NCBI GenBank assembly: GCA_947625165.1
Contig: CANQNH010000002.1
Coordinates: forward strand, 1-54,575
From: an uncultured Clostridia bacterium
GTDB lineage: Bacteria; Bacillota; Clostridia; Christensenellales; UBA1242
Length of the DNA: 54,575 nucleotides
Reading direction: 5' to 3'
A program made the position numbers and the translations under genes. Each line of letters begins with the position of its first letter. Positions within the stretch are counted from its first letter, which is position 1. Below the pieces are notes generated by a model. That model searched no databases. It saw only the letters and a list, made by a program, of their open reading frames with translations, and was not told the origin of the DNA. Of this stretch, positions 47,149-54,575 are shown in pieces.

Positions 47149-47387
47149 TTTTTGCCATAAAATAATTTAAAATGTTGACAAATTCTGCCTTCAAATCATT
47201 TTTTGCCAATTTTGGCGGCTAAAAGTCAAAAATTGTGGCGAAAAACTTGTTTTTTTTCTTGTTTTTTGCTATTATGGAAATAATTGTTTGCGGTAAGGTG
47301 TTTTGAAAATTAAAGAAACCTTCAATTTAAAAAGAGAAAAATCAAACAATTTTGTGCGAAAAACAAACAAAAAAAACGGAGAGATGT

Positions 47388-50108
47388 ATGGGACTTTTTG
47401 GAAATGAAAACAAATCTCAAGTGAAGAAACTGAAGAAAATCGCTGACAAAGTGGTTGCGCTTGAGGACAAATATAAATCAATGACGGACGAGGAACTTCG
47501 GGCCTGCACTGATGATTTCAAGAAAAGATATGCCTCTGGTGAGGGGCTGAACGAACTTCTGCCTGAGGCGTATGCGGTTGTGCGCGAGGCGGCAGACCGC
47601 GTTTTGAATATGCGTCATTTTTATGTTCAAATTTTGGGCGGAATCGCACTTCATCAGGGGCGTATCGCAGAAATGGCAACCGGTGAAGGAAAAACATTGG
47701 TGGCAACGCTGCCAGCATATCTCAACGCACTCACCGGACTTGGCGTGCACGTTGTGACGGTGAATGAATATTTGGCAAAGCGTGACGCTGAGTGGATGGG
47801 AAAGGTGTATCGTTTTCTGGGGCTTTCTGTTGGCGTCATCGTGTCGAATATGGACCCAAAGGCGAAGAAAAAAGCGTATGAGTGCGACATAACCTATTGC
47901 ACAAACAACGAACTTGGCTTCGACTATCTGCGTGACAATATGGCAATTATGAAAGAACAGAAGGTTCAGAGGCCGCTCAACTTTGCGATTGTGGACGAAG
48001 TGGACAGCATTTTGATTGATGAGGCAAGAACGCCGCTCATCATCTCTGGACGCGGGATGAAGTCCAGTGACAATTATGTCAAAGCGCAAAAATTCGCAAA
48101 GTCGTTGAAGGATGACGATTGGGAAGAGGATGAAAAAACCAAACAAATCAATTTGACGGAAAGCGGCGTGACCAAAGCCGAGAGGTTTTATGGCACAGAC
48201 AACCTTTCCGACATTGACAACTTGGAACTGAACCATTATATCAACAACGCTCTGAAAGCCAATTTCATTATGTTTGCAAATAAGAACTACATCGTCAAAG
48301 ATGGCGAAGTCATCATTGTTGACGAGTTCACGGGGCGTTTGATGCCGGGAAGAAGATATAATGACGGCTTGCACCAGGCAATCGAGGCAAAAGAGGGCGT
48401 TGAAATCAAGGACGAAAACAAAACACTTGCCACAATCACCTTCCAAAACTTTTTCAGAATATACAACAAACTTTCCGGAATGACGGGAACTGCCAAAACG
48501 GAGGAAGGCGAGTTTCGTGGGATATACAAACTTGATGTCGTCACCATTCCAACCAACAAACCAAACATCCGAATTGACGAGCCTGACATTGTTTTCACGA
48601 CCGAGGCAGGCAAAATTAAGGCTATTGTTGAGGAAATCAAACGCCGTCACGAGATGGGGCAACCAATTTTGGTGGGCACAATCACCATTGAAAAGAGTGA
48701 ACTTTTGTCGAAGGCGCTGAAAGAGAACAAAATCAAGCACGAGGTTTTGAACGCAAAAAATCACGAGAAAGAATCTCAAATTGTTGCTCAGGCAGGGCGA
48801 AAAGGTGCGGTGACAATCGCAACCAATATGGCAGGACGAGGAACAGACATTTTGCTTGGCGGAAATCCTGAGTTTATGGCCAAGAAGCAGATGCAGGATG
48901 AAAATTTCACCGAAGAGCAAATTTCTTATGCCACAGCATTCAACACAGTTGATGACAAAGAGATGCAAAAGGCAAGAGAGAGATACAACGAACTTTACCA
49001 AAACTTCAAGAAAATCACCGATGCTGAAAAGGAAGAGGTGAAAAAAGCGGGAGGACTTCACATTGTTGGCACGGAGAGGCACGAGAGCAGGCGTATTGAC
49101 AACCAACTTCGTGGCCGTGCATCTCGTCAAGGTGACCCGGGTTCAAGCGTGTTTTTCTTGTCGCTTGAAGATGACCTCATTCGCCGATTTGGTGGTGACA
49201 GACTTAAAAACATTGCCACTTTCTTCAAACTTCAAGAGGGTACACCAATTCAACTGAAAATTCTTTCAAAGCAGATTGAGGGCGCACAAAAGAAGATTGA
49301 AATTCAAAACTTTGCGATGCGAAAAACCGTTTTGCAGTTTGACGATGTGATGAACGCACAACGAGAGGTGATATACAAAGAGCGTGACCGCGTTTTGAAT
49401 GGCGAGGGCATTCATCAATACATCATGGGGATGTTTCCGAGCGTGATAAGCAAATTCTGCGACCGCTGTGTTGATGGTGAAAAACCATATTTTGAATGGG
49501 ATTTTGCAAAAATAAATCAAGAACTCGAACGCGGACTTTTGGAGAAGGGCAAAAATTTGGTCACCGAAGAATTTTGCGAGGGCTTTGACCGAGAGGATTT
49601 TGAAAATGCCATTCTGAAAGTTGTTGAGGGAAGATACAACGAGCGTATGAACGAGGCGGGCAAGTATGGCATTGACTTTGAAAAACTTGAAAATTTTGTT
49701 CTTTTGAAAGTGGTTGACAGCAATTGGATGAACCATATCGATGATATGCAAATTATGAAAAACGAAATTTTTGCTCGTGGATTTGGCAATCAAGATCCAA
49801 TCTTGGCATATAAAAAAGATGCCTATGAGATGTTTGACAATATGATTGAAAAAATCCGAGAAACCACCTGCGTTTTGCTTTTGAACACATCAATCGAAGT
49901 GAAACGCCCACAGCCAGCGCCAACCCAAACAGTGCAACCAAAGTTTACGGAAGCGAAGGTGTATGACCCAGCGGATGCAAAAAAACGTCCAGAGGAAATC
50001 AAAAAACAAACCACAGTTGTCAACACTCAAAAGAAGGTTGGGCGCAACGACCCGTGTCCGTGCGGAAGCGGGAAAAAATATAAAAACTGTTGCGGCAAAA
50101 ATGAATAA
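47388..50108 (+). CDS. secA: Preprotein translocase ATPase SecA
   Basis: GGAGAG precedes ATG 47388. MGLFGNE..., EMATGEGKTLVATLP, DEVDSILIDEARTPLIISG, TNMAGRGTDI, C-terminal zinc site CPCGSGKKYKNCCG. 906 aa. Confidence 0.97.
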   Translation: MGLFGNENKSQVKKLKKIADKVVALEDKYKSMTDEELRACTDDFKKRYASGEGLNELLPEAYAVVREAADRVLNMRHFYVQILGGIALHQGRIAEMATGEGKTLVATLPAYLNALTGLGVHVVTVNEYLAKRDAEWMGKVYRFLGLSVGVIVSNMDPKAKKKAYECDITYCTNNELGFDYLRDNMAIMKEQKVQRPLNFAIVDEVDSILIDEARTPLIISGRGMKSSDNYVKAQKFAKSLKDDDWEEDEKTKQINLTESGVTKAERFYGTDNLSDIDNLELNHYINNALKANFIMFANKNYIVKDGEVIIVDEFTGRLMPGRRYNDGLHQAIEAKEGVEIKDENKTLATITFQNFFRIYNKLSGMTGTAKTEEGEFRGIYKLDVVTIPTNKPNIRIDEPDIVFTTEAGKIKAIVEEIKRRHEMGQPILVGTITIEKSELLSKALKENKIKHEVLNAKNHEKESQIVAQAGRKGAVTIATNMAGRGTDILLGGNPEFMAKKQMQDENFTEEQISYATAFNTVDDKEMQKARERYNELYQNFKKITDAEKEEVKKAGGLHIVGTERHESRRIDNQLRGRASRQGDPGSSVFFLSLEDDLIRRFGGDRLKNIATFFKLQEGTPIQLKILSKQIEGAQKKIEIQNFAMRKTVLQFDDVMNAQREVIYKERDRVLNGEGIHQYIMGMFPSVISKFCDRCVDGEKPYFEWDFAKINQELERGLLEKGKNLVTEEFCEGFDREDFENAILKVVEGRYNERMNEAGKYGIDFEKLENFVLLKVVDSNWMNHIDDMQIMKNEIFARGFGNQDPILAYKKDAYEMFDNMIEKIRETTCVLLLNTSIEVKRPQPAPTQTVQPKFTEAKVYDPADAKKRPEEIKKQTTVVNTQKKVGRNDPCPCGSGKKYKNCCGKNE

Positions 50109-50113
50109 AAATT

Positions 50114-50142
50114 AAAAAAACACGTTTTTTGCGTGTTTTTTT
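50114..50142 (+). terminator. Intrinsic terminator after secA
   Basis: AAAAAAACACG-tttttt-GCGTGTTTTTTT. Confidence 0.6.
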
Positions 50143-50293
50143 GCTGATTTTCGGTGTTTTTTTGCCTTTTTTCTTCTTTTTTCGTTTTTTTTGTTTTTGA
50201 AATTTCTATTTTTGTGTCTTGTTATATTTTTTTAATTTCTGTTTTTTTGAACTTTAATAATTGCAAATTCTTTGCTTTGCAAATAATATTAAA

Positions 50294-50476
50294 TCAGCCC
50301 AAAACATTGTTTCTGAAACAGCCGCAACCAGATGTTGACACAAAATTGTTATTGTTGTTTGTGTTTGACAGTCCAAGCAACAGAAGAAGCAAAATGTTGG
50401 TGTTGGTGGCAAGGTTTGTGTCGTTATTTGAACTCAAAACGGAAAGCAGAAACACCCATAAAAATTCTTGTGACAT
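50294..50476 (-). CDS. Candidate 60-aa small hydrophobic protein
   Basis: AGGAGG sits 8 nt before the ATG. MSQEFLWVFLLSVLSSNNDTNLATNTNILLLLLLGLSNTNNNNNFVSTSGCGCFRNNVLG has two hydrophobic segments and a GCGC motif. The local composition is coding-like inside an otherwise A/T-only spacer. Confidence 0.4.
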   Translation of the reverse strand: MSQEFLWVFLLSVLSSNNDTNLATNTNILLLLLLGLSNTNNNNNFVSTSGCGCFRNNVLG

Positions 50477-50511
50477 TCAAAAATCCTCCTTTTCAACAAA
50501 AACTTACAAAT

Positions 50512-50545
50512 AAAGTCAAAAAGTGCCAAAACGCGCTTTGACTTT
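50512..50545. promoter_or_regulatory. 9-bp perfect inverted repeat (AAAGTCAAA-N16-TTTGACTTT) in the divergent region between the small ORF and the ArsR-like gene
   Basis: Arms lie at 50512-20 and 50537-45, followed by TTT. It is either an operator or a hairpin terminator. Confidence 0.4.
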
Positions 50546-50638
50546 TTTATCGCTGGTGTTTTATTCTTCCTTTGTGTTCTTGTTCAGTTTTTTTTATGAG
50601 TGATCCAAGAAAAATGTCACAAAAGGAGGGAAAAATCT

Positions 50639-50974
50639 TTGAACAAATTGATAAGAATTTCAGAGAGAAACAAATTTGAGGTGCAGCAGTTGTTGCCAAA
50701 CGATTCGTGTGCAAATCGACTTGCGCTTTATTTTCAGAACTTTTCAGATTCCACGCGCATCAAAATTTTGTCAGCGCTTTCAATCAAAGATTTGTGCGTG
50801 AACGACTTGTCAAAAATCTTGAAAACAAATCAAACCACCATCTCTCATCAACTCAAAACTTTGAAAGATCAAGAGTTGGTGGAATATCGGCGAGAGGGGA
50901 AGGTTTTGATTTATCGCATAAAATCACCTTCCGTCAACGATTTGATGATGTATGCCGTGCGCGAAATTCGATGA
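50639..50974 (+). CDS. ArsR/SmtB-family winged-helix regulator
   Basis: AGGAGG sits 9 nt before TTG 50639 (the ORF track starts at GTG 50600). RIKILSALSIKDLCVNDLSKILKTNQTTISHQLKTLKDQELV is the ArsR HTH. The canonical CVC is reduced to CVN. Confidence 0.8.
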   Translation: MNKLIRISERNKFEVQQLLPNDSCANRLALYFQNFSDSTRIKILSALSIKDLCVNDLSKILKTNQTTISHQLKTLKDQELVEYRREGKVLIYRIKSPSVNDLMMYAVREIR

Positions 50975-51005
50975 AAAACTGACAAATTTTAAAAATGAAA
51001 ATCAC

Positions 51006-51034
51006 TTGACAACAAAGAAGAAAAAAAGTAAAAT
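51006..51034 (+). promoter_or_regulatory. Consensus-like promoter positioned for a leaderless queH mRNA
   Basis: TTGACA 51006-11, 17 nt, TAAAAT 51029-34, then 6 nt (gtttca) and ATG 51041. There is no SD. Confidence 0.6.
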
Positions 51035-51040
51035 GTTTCA

Positions 51041-51589
51041 ATGAGACTTTTGCTTCATTCTTGTTGTGGACCGTGTTCGACAGTTGTCATTGAGCGCTTG
51101 AAGGAGCGCTTTGATGTGACAGTTTTTTATTACAATCCAAACATTGAGCCGCTTGAAGAATATGAAAGGCGAAAAGCGGAGCAAAAGAAGGTGTGCAAGT
51201 TTTGGAATGTTCCAATCATTGATGGTGACTATGACAACACTGATTGGCGAGGATTTGTTGCAGGGCTTGAAAACGAATTGGAGGGTGGCGCGAGATGCGA
51301 AAAATGTTTTGTTTTTCGCTTGAAAAAGACCGCCCAAAAAGCAAAGGAACTTGGCTTTGACATTTTTGCAACAACACTCTCTGTCAGCCCACATAAAAAC
51401 ACCGAAGTCATAAATGCTATTGGCAGAGCAATTTCGCAGGAAGAGGGCATTCCATTTTTGGAGGAAAGTTTCAAGAAAAAAGATGGTTACCTGCGCAGTA
51501 TTCAAATTTCAAAGCAACTTGGTCTGTATCGCCAAAACTATTGCGGCTGCGAATTTTCAAATTGGAATTTGACGAAAAATAAGAAATAA
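51041..51589 (+). CDS. queH: Epoxyqueuosine reductase QueH (DUF208)
   Basis: LLLHSCCGPCS, YYNPNIEP, RCEKCFVFRL, FATTLSVSPHKN, YRQNYCGCEFS. 182 aa. Confidence 0.88.
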   Translation: MRLLLHSCCGPCSTVVIERLKERFDVTVFYYNPNIEPLEEYERRKAEQKKVCKFWNVPIIDGDYDNTDWRGFVAGLENELEGGARCEKCFVFRLKKTAQKAKELGFDIFATTLSVSPHKNTEVINAIGRAISQEEGIPFLEESFKKKDGYLRSIQISKQLGLYRQNYCGCEFSNWNLTKNKK

Positions 51590-51748
51590 AGATGATGAAA
51601 TTTGGCAAAAAAAACAAAAATAGAAAATAAATAAAAAAACAAAAAGCTGCAAAAAAATATGAAAAAATGAAGAAAAATAATAAAAAAATGCAAATTTTTT
51701 GATTTTTTTTGGATTTTTTGTTAAAAAACACAATTTTTTGAGGAAAGA

Positions 51749-52642
51749 ATGCAACAGAAAAATTTTGATGGGGATTTCATAAAATACAGCGACAAAAAAG
51801 TCAAAAGTGAAACACACAATTTGGCGTGGTATCTTTTTTCTCGCATAACGCTTTACATCCTCATTTTGTTTTTTGCTTTCTTCTTCATTTGGTACACGGC
51901 CTTTGTCACCACGCACAGATTTTATGCTGTGTCAGGCGTTTCGATGATGCCAACGCTGAACTCACAGATTGAATTGGACGAAATGGATGTTTCACAGGAT
52001 AAATCTTTTGACGCGGTTTATGTTGACATTGTCAGCCGCCCAGAAATTTTTGACATCATCGTCATTGAACGACCAAAAGAGAAAAGCATCATCAAACGTT
52101 TGATGGCGCTTGAGGGCGACTTCATCACCATCGCGCAAACAACCAACAGTGAGGGGAAGGAGTGTTTGAGGTTTTATCGCATTCCAAAAGGAGAAACTTT
52201 GAGTGACGAAGAGGCGCAAGTGATTGAAGATGGCAGTGATGGTGACTATTGCCTTCTTGAGCCGGATGCACTTTGGACACATAAAGCCAATCTCAACACA
52301 CCAGAAGTTGCCACATTGTCGGCAAGCAAAGATGGGCAAACTTTTTCGCATAAATACGAATACAATTTCTTCACAAATTTTTTGAGTGACTTTGAAGATG
52401 GCGCGGAAAATTTCTATGTTTCGGACGAAGGGCTTGTTTATGTCAAAGTGCCACAAGGAAAGTTTTTCTATCTTGGCGACAACCGCGCACACAGCAGTGA
52501 TGCAAGAGAAAGAGGTTTTTGTGACATTGGCAACATTGTTGGCAGAAGCGAGTTCTTTGTGAAGGACTATAACTTTGCCAATCGACTTTGGGAAGTTGTG
52601 AAATATTATTTCAAAGAAATTGACAAATTTTTTGCAAGATAG
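51749..52642 (+). CDS. lepB: Signal peptidase I (S26), with a ~90-aa insertion
   Basis: N-terminal TM helix, VSGVSMMPTL (Ser box), IIKRLMALEGD (Lys box), YLGDNRAHSSDAR. 297 aa. Confidence 0.85.
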   Translation: MQQKNFDGDFIKYSDKKVKSETHNLAWYLFSRITLYILILFFAFFFIWYTAFVTTHRFYAVSGVSMMPTLNSQIELDEMDVSQDKSFDAVYVDIVSRPEIFDIIVIERPKEKSIIKRLMALEGDFITIAQTTNSEGKECLRFYRIPKGETLSDEEAQVIEDGSDGDYCLLEPDALWTHKANLNTPEVATLSASKDGQTFSHKYEYNFFTNFLSDFEDGAENFYVSDEGLVYVKVPQGKFFYLGDNRAHSSDARERGFCDIGNIVGRSEFFVKDYNFANRLWEVVKYYFKEIDKFFAR

Positions 52643-52725
52643 TCAAAATTGTTTGTTTTTTCGGAAGTTTTGTGCTATCATGAAAATAGCATTAAGGTGC
52701 AAAAAAGAAAAAAGGAGATTTTGAA

Positions 52726-53001
52726 ATGAACAAAGGTGAATTCGTGAAGGCAGTTGCTGAGAAGGCAAATTGCACTCAAAAAGACGCAGGAGTTGTTTTT
52801 GACGCTGTCATCGACACAATCGTTTGCGTTTTGAAAAAGGGCGAAAAAATTCAAATTCCTGGATTTGGATCTTTTGAACTTGTCAAGAAAGCAGCTTCCA
52901 CAAAAATCAACCCACTCACAAAGAAACCTGTCAAGGTTGCTGCTTGCAAAGTGCCAAAATTCAAATTTGGCAAAAGTTTCAAAGCAGTTTTCAACGACTA
53001 A
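52726..53001 (+). CDS. hup: Nucleoid protein HU
   Basis: AGGAG RBS. MNKGEFVKAVAEKA...IQIPGFGSFE...INPLTKKPVKVAACKVPKFKFGK. 91 aa. Confidence 0.95.
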   Translation: MNKGEFVKAVAEKANCTQKDAGVVFDAVIDTIVCVLKKGEKIQIPGFGSFELVKKAASTKINPLTKKPVKVAACKVPKFKFGKSFKAVFND

Positions 53002-53015
53002 CTTTGCACTTTTCG

Positions 53016-53051
53016 AAAAAAACACCAACTTGTTTGTTGGCGTTTTTTTTT
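53016..53051 (+). terminator. Intrinsic terminator after hup
   Basis: AACACCAAC-ttgttt-GTTGGCGTT (8 of 9 bp) followed by T9. Confidence 0.65.
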
Positions 53052-53166
53052 GTTTTGAACATTTTGTTGAACTTGTTTGGCGCTTTTCAGCGGGCACTTC
53101 AAAAAACTTTTGTGCAATTTGACGAACATATCATCAAATCTTGGCGTTTTTTTTGATGCTTGCTCA

Positions 53167-53772
53167 TCAGATTTTTGCGTTTTTCAATTCTTTTTCCAGG
53201 TCGATGATGATGTATCCCTGCGGCATTGAGCAAAGTGGGCATTCCTTCCAGCCCTCCTTTTTGATTTCCACGTGACCACAGTTTGAACATTTCCATTCTG
53301 TGGGTGAGGTGCGCTTATACATCTTGTTGGACTTATATAGTTCTGCCAAATATTTCAAAATTTGATGATGTGTGCTTTCAATCTGAGCAATCATATCAAA
53401 ACTCTTGGCGATGTCAACAAAGCCTTCGTCCCTTGCAATCCGCGCAAAACTTGGGTAGATGTTTTCCGCCTCGGACAACTCAATCAAACTTTCTTCCAAA
53501 AGGCTTGTGGAAAGTTCGGGCGCGTCAAAAGGATAACCTGCCTCAATCGCGATGTTCTTCACGCTTCCGCCGCTGTGCTTCAAGATGTGGTCATAAACCA
53601 CTTTGGCGTGTGCCATCTCATTTTTTGCCAAAGTTTTCATTGTGTCCGACAAAAATTTTTGCTGGTCTTGCAGTGCCATTTTGGACATAAATTGATAGCG
53701 CGCTCCGGCCTGGCACTCTGCGGCAAACGAGCGTGCCAAATTTGTTTTTGTTGTGCTTTCATCAAAATTCAT
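53167..53772 (-). CDS. rbr: Rubrerythrin (ferritin-like diiron domain + C-terminal rubredoxin-like CxxC...CxxC)
   Basis: AAECQAGARYQF, NEMAHAKVVYDHI, SEAENIYPSFARIARDEGF, IESTHHQIL, WKCSNCGH...CPLCSMP. 201 aa. Confidence 0.85.
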   Translation of the reverse strand: MNFDESTTKTNLARSFAAECQAGARYQFMSKMALQDQQKFLSDTMKTLAKNEMAHAKVVYDHILKHSGGSVKNIAIEAGYPFDAPELSTSLLEESLIELSEAENIYPSFARIARDEGFVDIAKSFDMIAQIESTHHQILKYLAELYKSNKMYKRTSPTEWKCSNCGHVEIKKEGWKECPLCSMPQGYIIIDLEKELKNAKI

Positions 53773-53792
53773 AGTTTTCTCTCCTCAAAGAC

Positions 53793-53814
53793 AAATATTG
53801 CCAAAAATATTGCC
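53793..53814. promoter_or_regulatory. Tandem AAATATTGCC direct repeat (12-nt period) just upstream of the rubrerythrin RBS; candidate operator
   Basis: AAATATTGCC occurs at 53793-53802 and 53805-53814. Each copy contains the palindrome AATATT. Confidence 0.3.
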
Positions 53815-53904
53815 TTTAAACATTTGCTTTTTTTGTGATTTTTGTTTAAAATAAAAATGAGAGTTTGCTTGTTTGAGAAATCCAAGTTTATGGGAGAAAA
53901 GAAT

Positions 53905-54575
53905 ATGTTTCTTGGTGACAAAGGAAAAACAAACCAATATTCGAACATACGGCGAAACTATGACATAATCATTGACAACGAGCGGATGACGATTGCAAAG
54001 TTGTCGCAGAATTTGGGGTTTTATGCGGTTTTGCCGGTGGGCAGGAGTGTTGAAACCGAAGTGGTCTATGACACCGAAGGCAAGTTGTTGACGGGGTCGG
54101 GGCTTATTTTGCGCAAAAAAAGCAGCAAAGAGAGGACATATTTTTCTCTTGTGAGGATAAGCACGCTGAAAGGTGTTGAGATGCGGGAGAAGAAGTCGTT
54201 TTTGGGCGAATGTGAAGCAAACGATCAGCCAAGCGATTTTCCTGTTCAGGTTGCGGAAGGGATAAACGAAATCTTCAACAATCTTTTCACAGTGAACTTG
54301 GTGGATATAGTCAAGCACTGCACGCCGTATATTGAAATTGTCAACGATGCGAACAAATATCGCATTGTCAGTGGCACGGGCTATGAGGCCGAGATTGCGT
54401 TTGAGACTTGGAAAGTGACAGATTTGCGCACCAAAAGGAAGGCGGTTGTGCGAAATTTTTCGATGAAGATGGAGGCAAGTCCAAACTATGAGCGTGAGAG
54501 AGAGCATATTTTGGATGTGATTGACCGAAAATGTAAAGAACTTTTCTTTGTCAACCTCAACAGGTTTGAAATTGC
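53905..54575 (+). CDS. CYTH-like domain protein, 3' end outside the window (not in the supplied ORF track because no stop is reached)
   Basis: GGGAG sits 8 nt before ATG 53905, with an in-frame ATG also at 53890. The frame is open to the window end. SVETEVVYDTEGKLLTGSGLILRKK resembles the CYTH ExE...D.Y.D....L....LR.R N-terminal pattern, with the Lys of ExExK absent. Confidence 0.5.
   Translation, partial: MFLGDKGKTNQYSNIRRNYDIIIDNERMTIAKLSQNLGFYAVLPVGRSVETEVVYDTEGKLLTGSGLILRKKSSKERTYFSLVRISTLKGVEMREKKSFLGECEANDQPSDFPVQVAEGINEIFNNLFTVNLVDIVKHCTPYIEIVNDANKYRIVSGTGYEAEIAFETWKVTDLRTKRKAVVRNFSMKMEASPNYEREREHILDVIDRKCKELFFVNLNRFEI

Noticed and set aside
47478-49130. 550-aa ORF on the minus strand, the longest unassigned ORF in the track.
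   Set aside because: It lies exactly antisense and codon-aligned to secA, which has unmistakable SecA motifs. It has no RBS and a Cys/Phe/Leu-rich nonsense-like composition. It is a by-product of TTA/CTA/TCA avoidance.
50332-50541. Cys/Trp-rich 69-aa plus-strand ORF (MLTQNCYCCLCL...CWCWW) that superficially looks like a RiPP or bacteriocin precursor.
   Set aside because: It has no RBS before its ATG. The opposite strand carries AGGAGG-8 nt-ATG and fits the strand rule for the flanking T-rich tract. I therefore favour the minus-strand 60-aa ORF, and even that only at 0.4 confidence.
53785-54507. 240-aa minus-strand ORF at the right end of the window.
   Set aside because: The plus strand carries an SD-preceded frame that is open to the window end and has a CYTH-like N-terminal pattern. 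The minus ORF is its antisense shadow.

Overview
This 54.6-kb window is a low-GC bacterial chromosome segment that uses the standard code (genes end normally at TGA). Gene content and local synteny (comEC-holA; mrnC-rlmB-sigH; HelD; HU; GlnRS; rubrerythrin; QueH) suggest a Bacillota/Firmicutes-like, probably anaerobic, organism. All calls rest on motif recognition by eye; no database search was possible. I call 35 protein genes, mostly housekeeping: gyrB/gyrA, secA, metG, hisS, glnS, ychF, lepB, hup and others. I also call tRNA-Gly (partial), tRNA-Leu(CAG), an initiator tRNA-fMet and a decayed copy of it, about a dozen near-consensus sigma-A promoters, and several intrinsic terminators. I found no transposase, integrase, CRISPR array, reverse transcriptase or recognisable defence gene. 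Three things stand out. (1) Three orphan large membrane-anchored proteins have no domain I recognise. The strongest candidate for something undescribed is a translationally coupled pair: a 311-aa anchor-like protein plus a 2,540-aa acidic repeat protein (13.3-22.1 kb). The other two are a 1,113-aa protein (three N-terminal repeats, Pro-rich spacers, hydrophobic hairpin, Arg/Gln tail) and a 1,009-aa bitopic protein, both behind perfect consensus promoters. (2) A cluster of DnaA boxes, two of them perfect TTATCCACA, lies between hisS and helD with no dnaA gene nearby. (3) Smaller oddities: a MazG-like/deoxyribosyltransferase-like pair wedged between gyrB and gyrA, a G9 tract at the 3' end of a GT8 glycosyltransferase, promoter geometries implying leaderless mRNAs, and very long A-rich spacers whose A-rich strand follows the transcribed strand. 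There is also near-total avoidance of TTA/CTA/TCA codons in core genes, which creates long spurious antisense ORFs.
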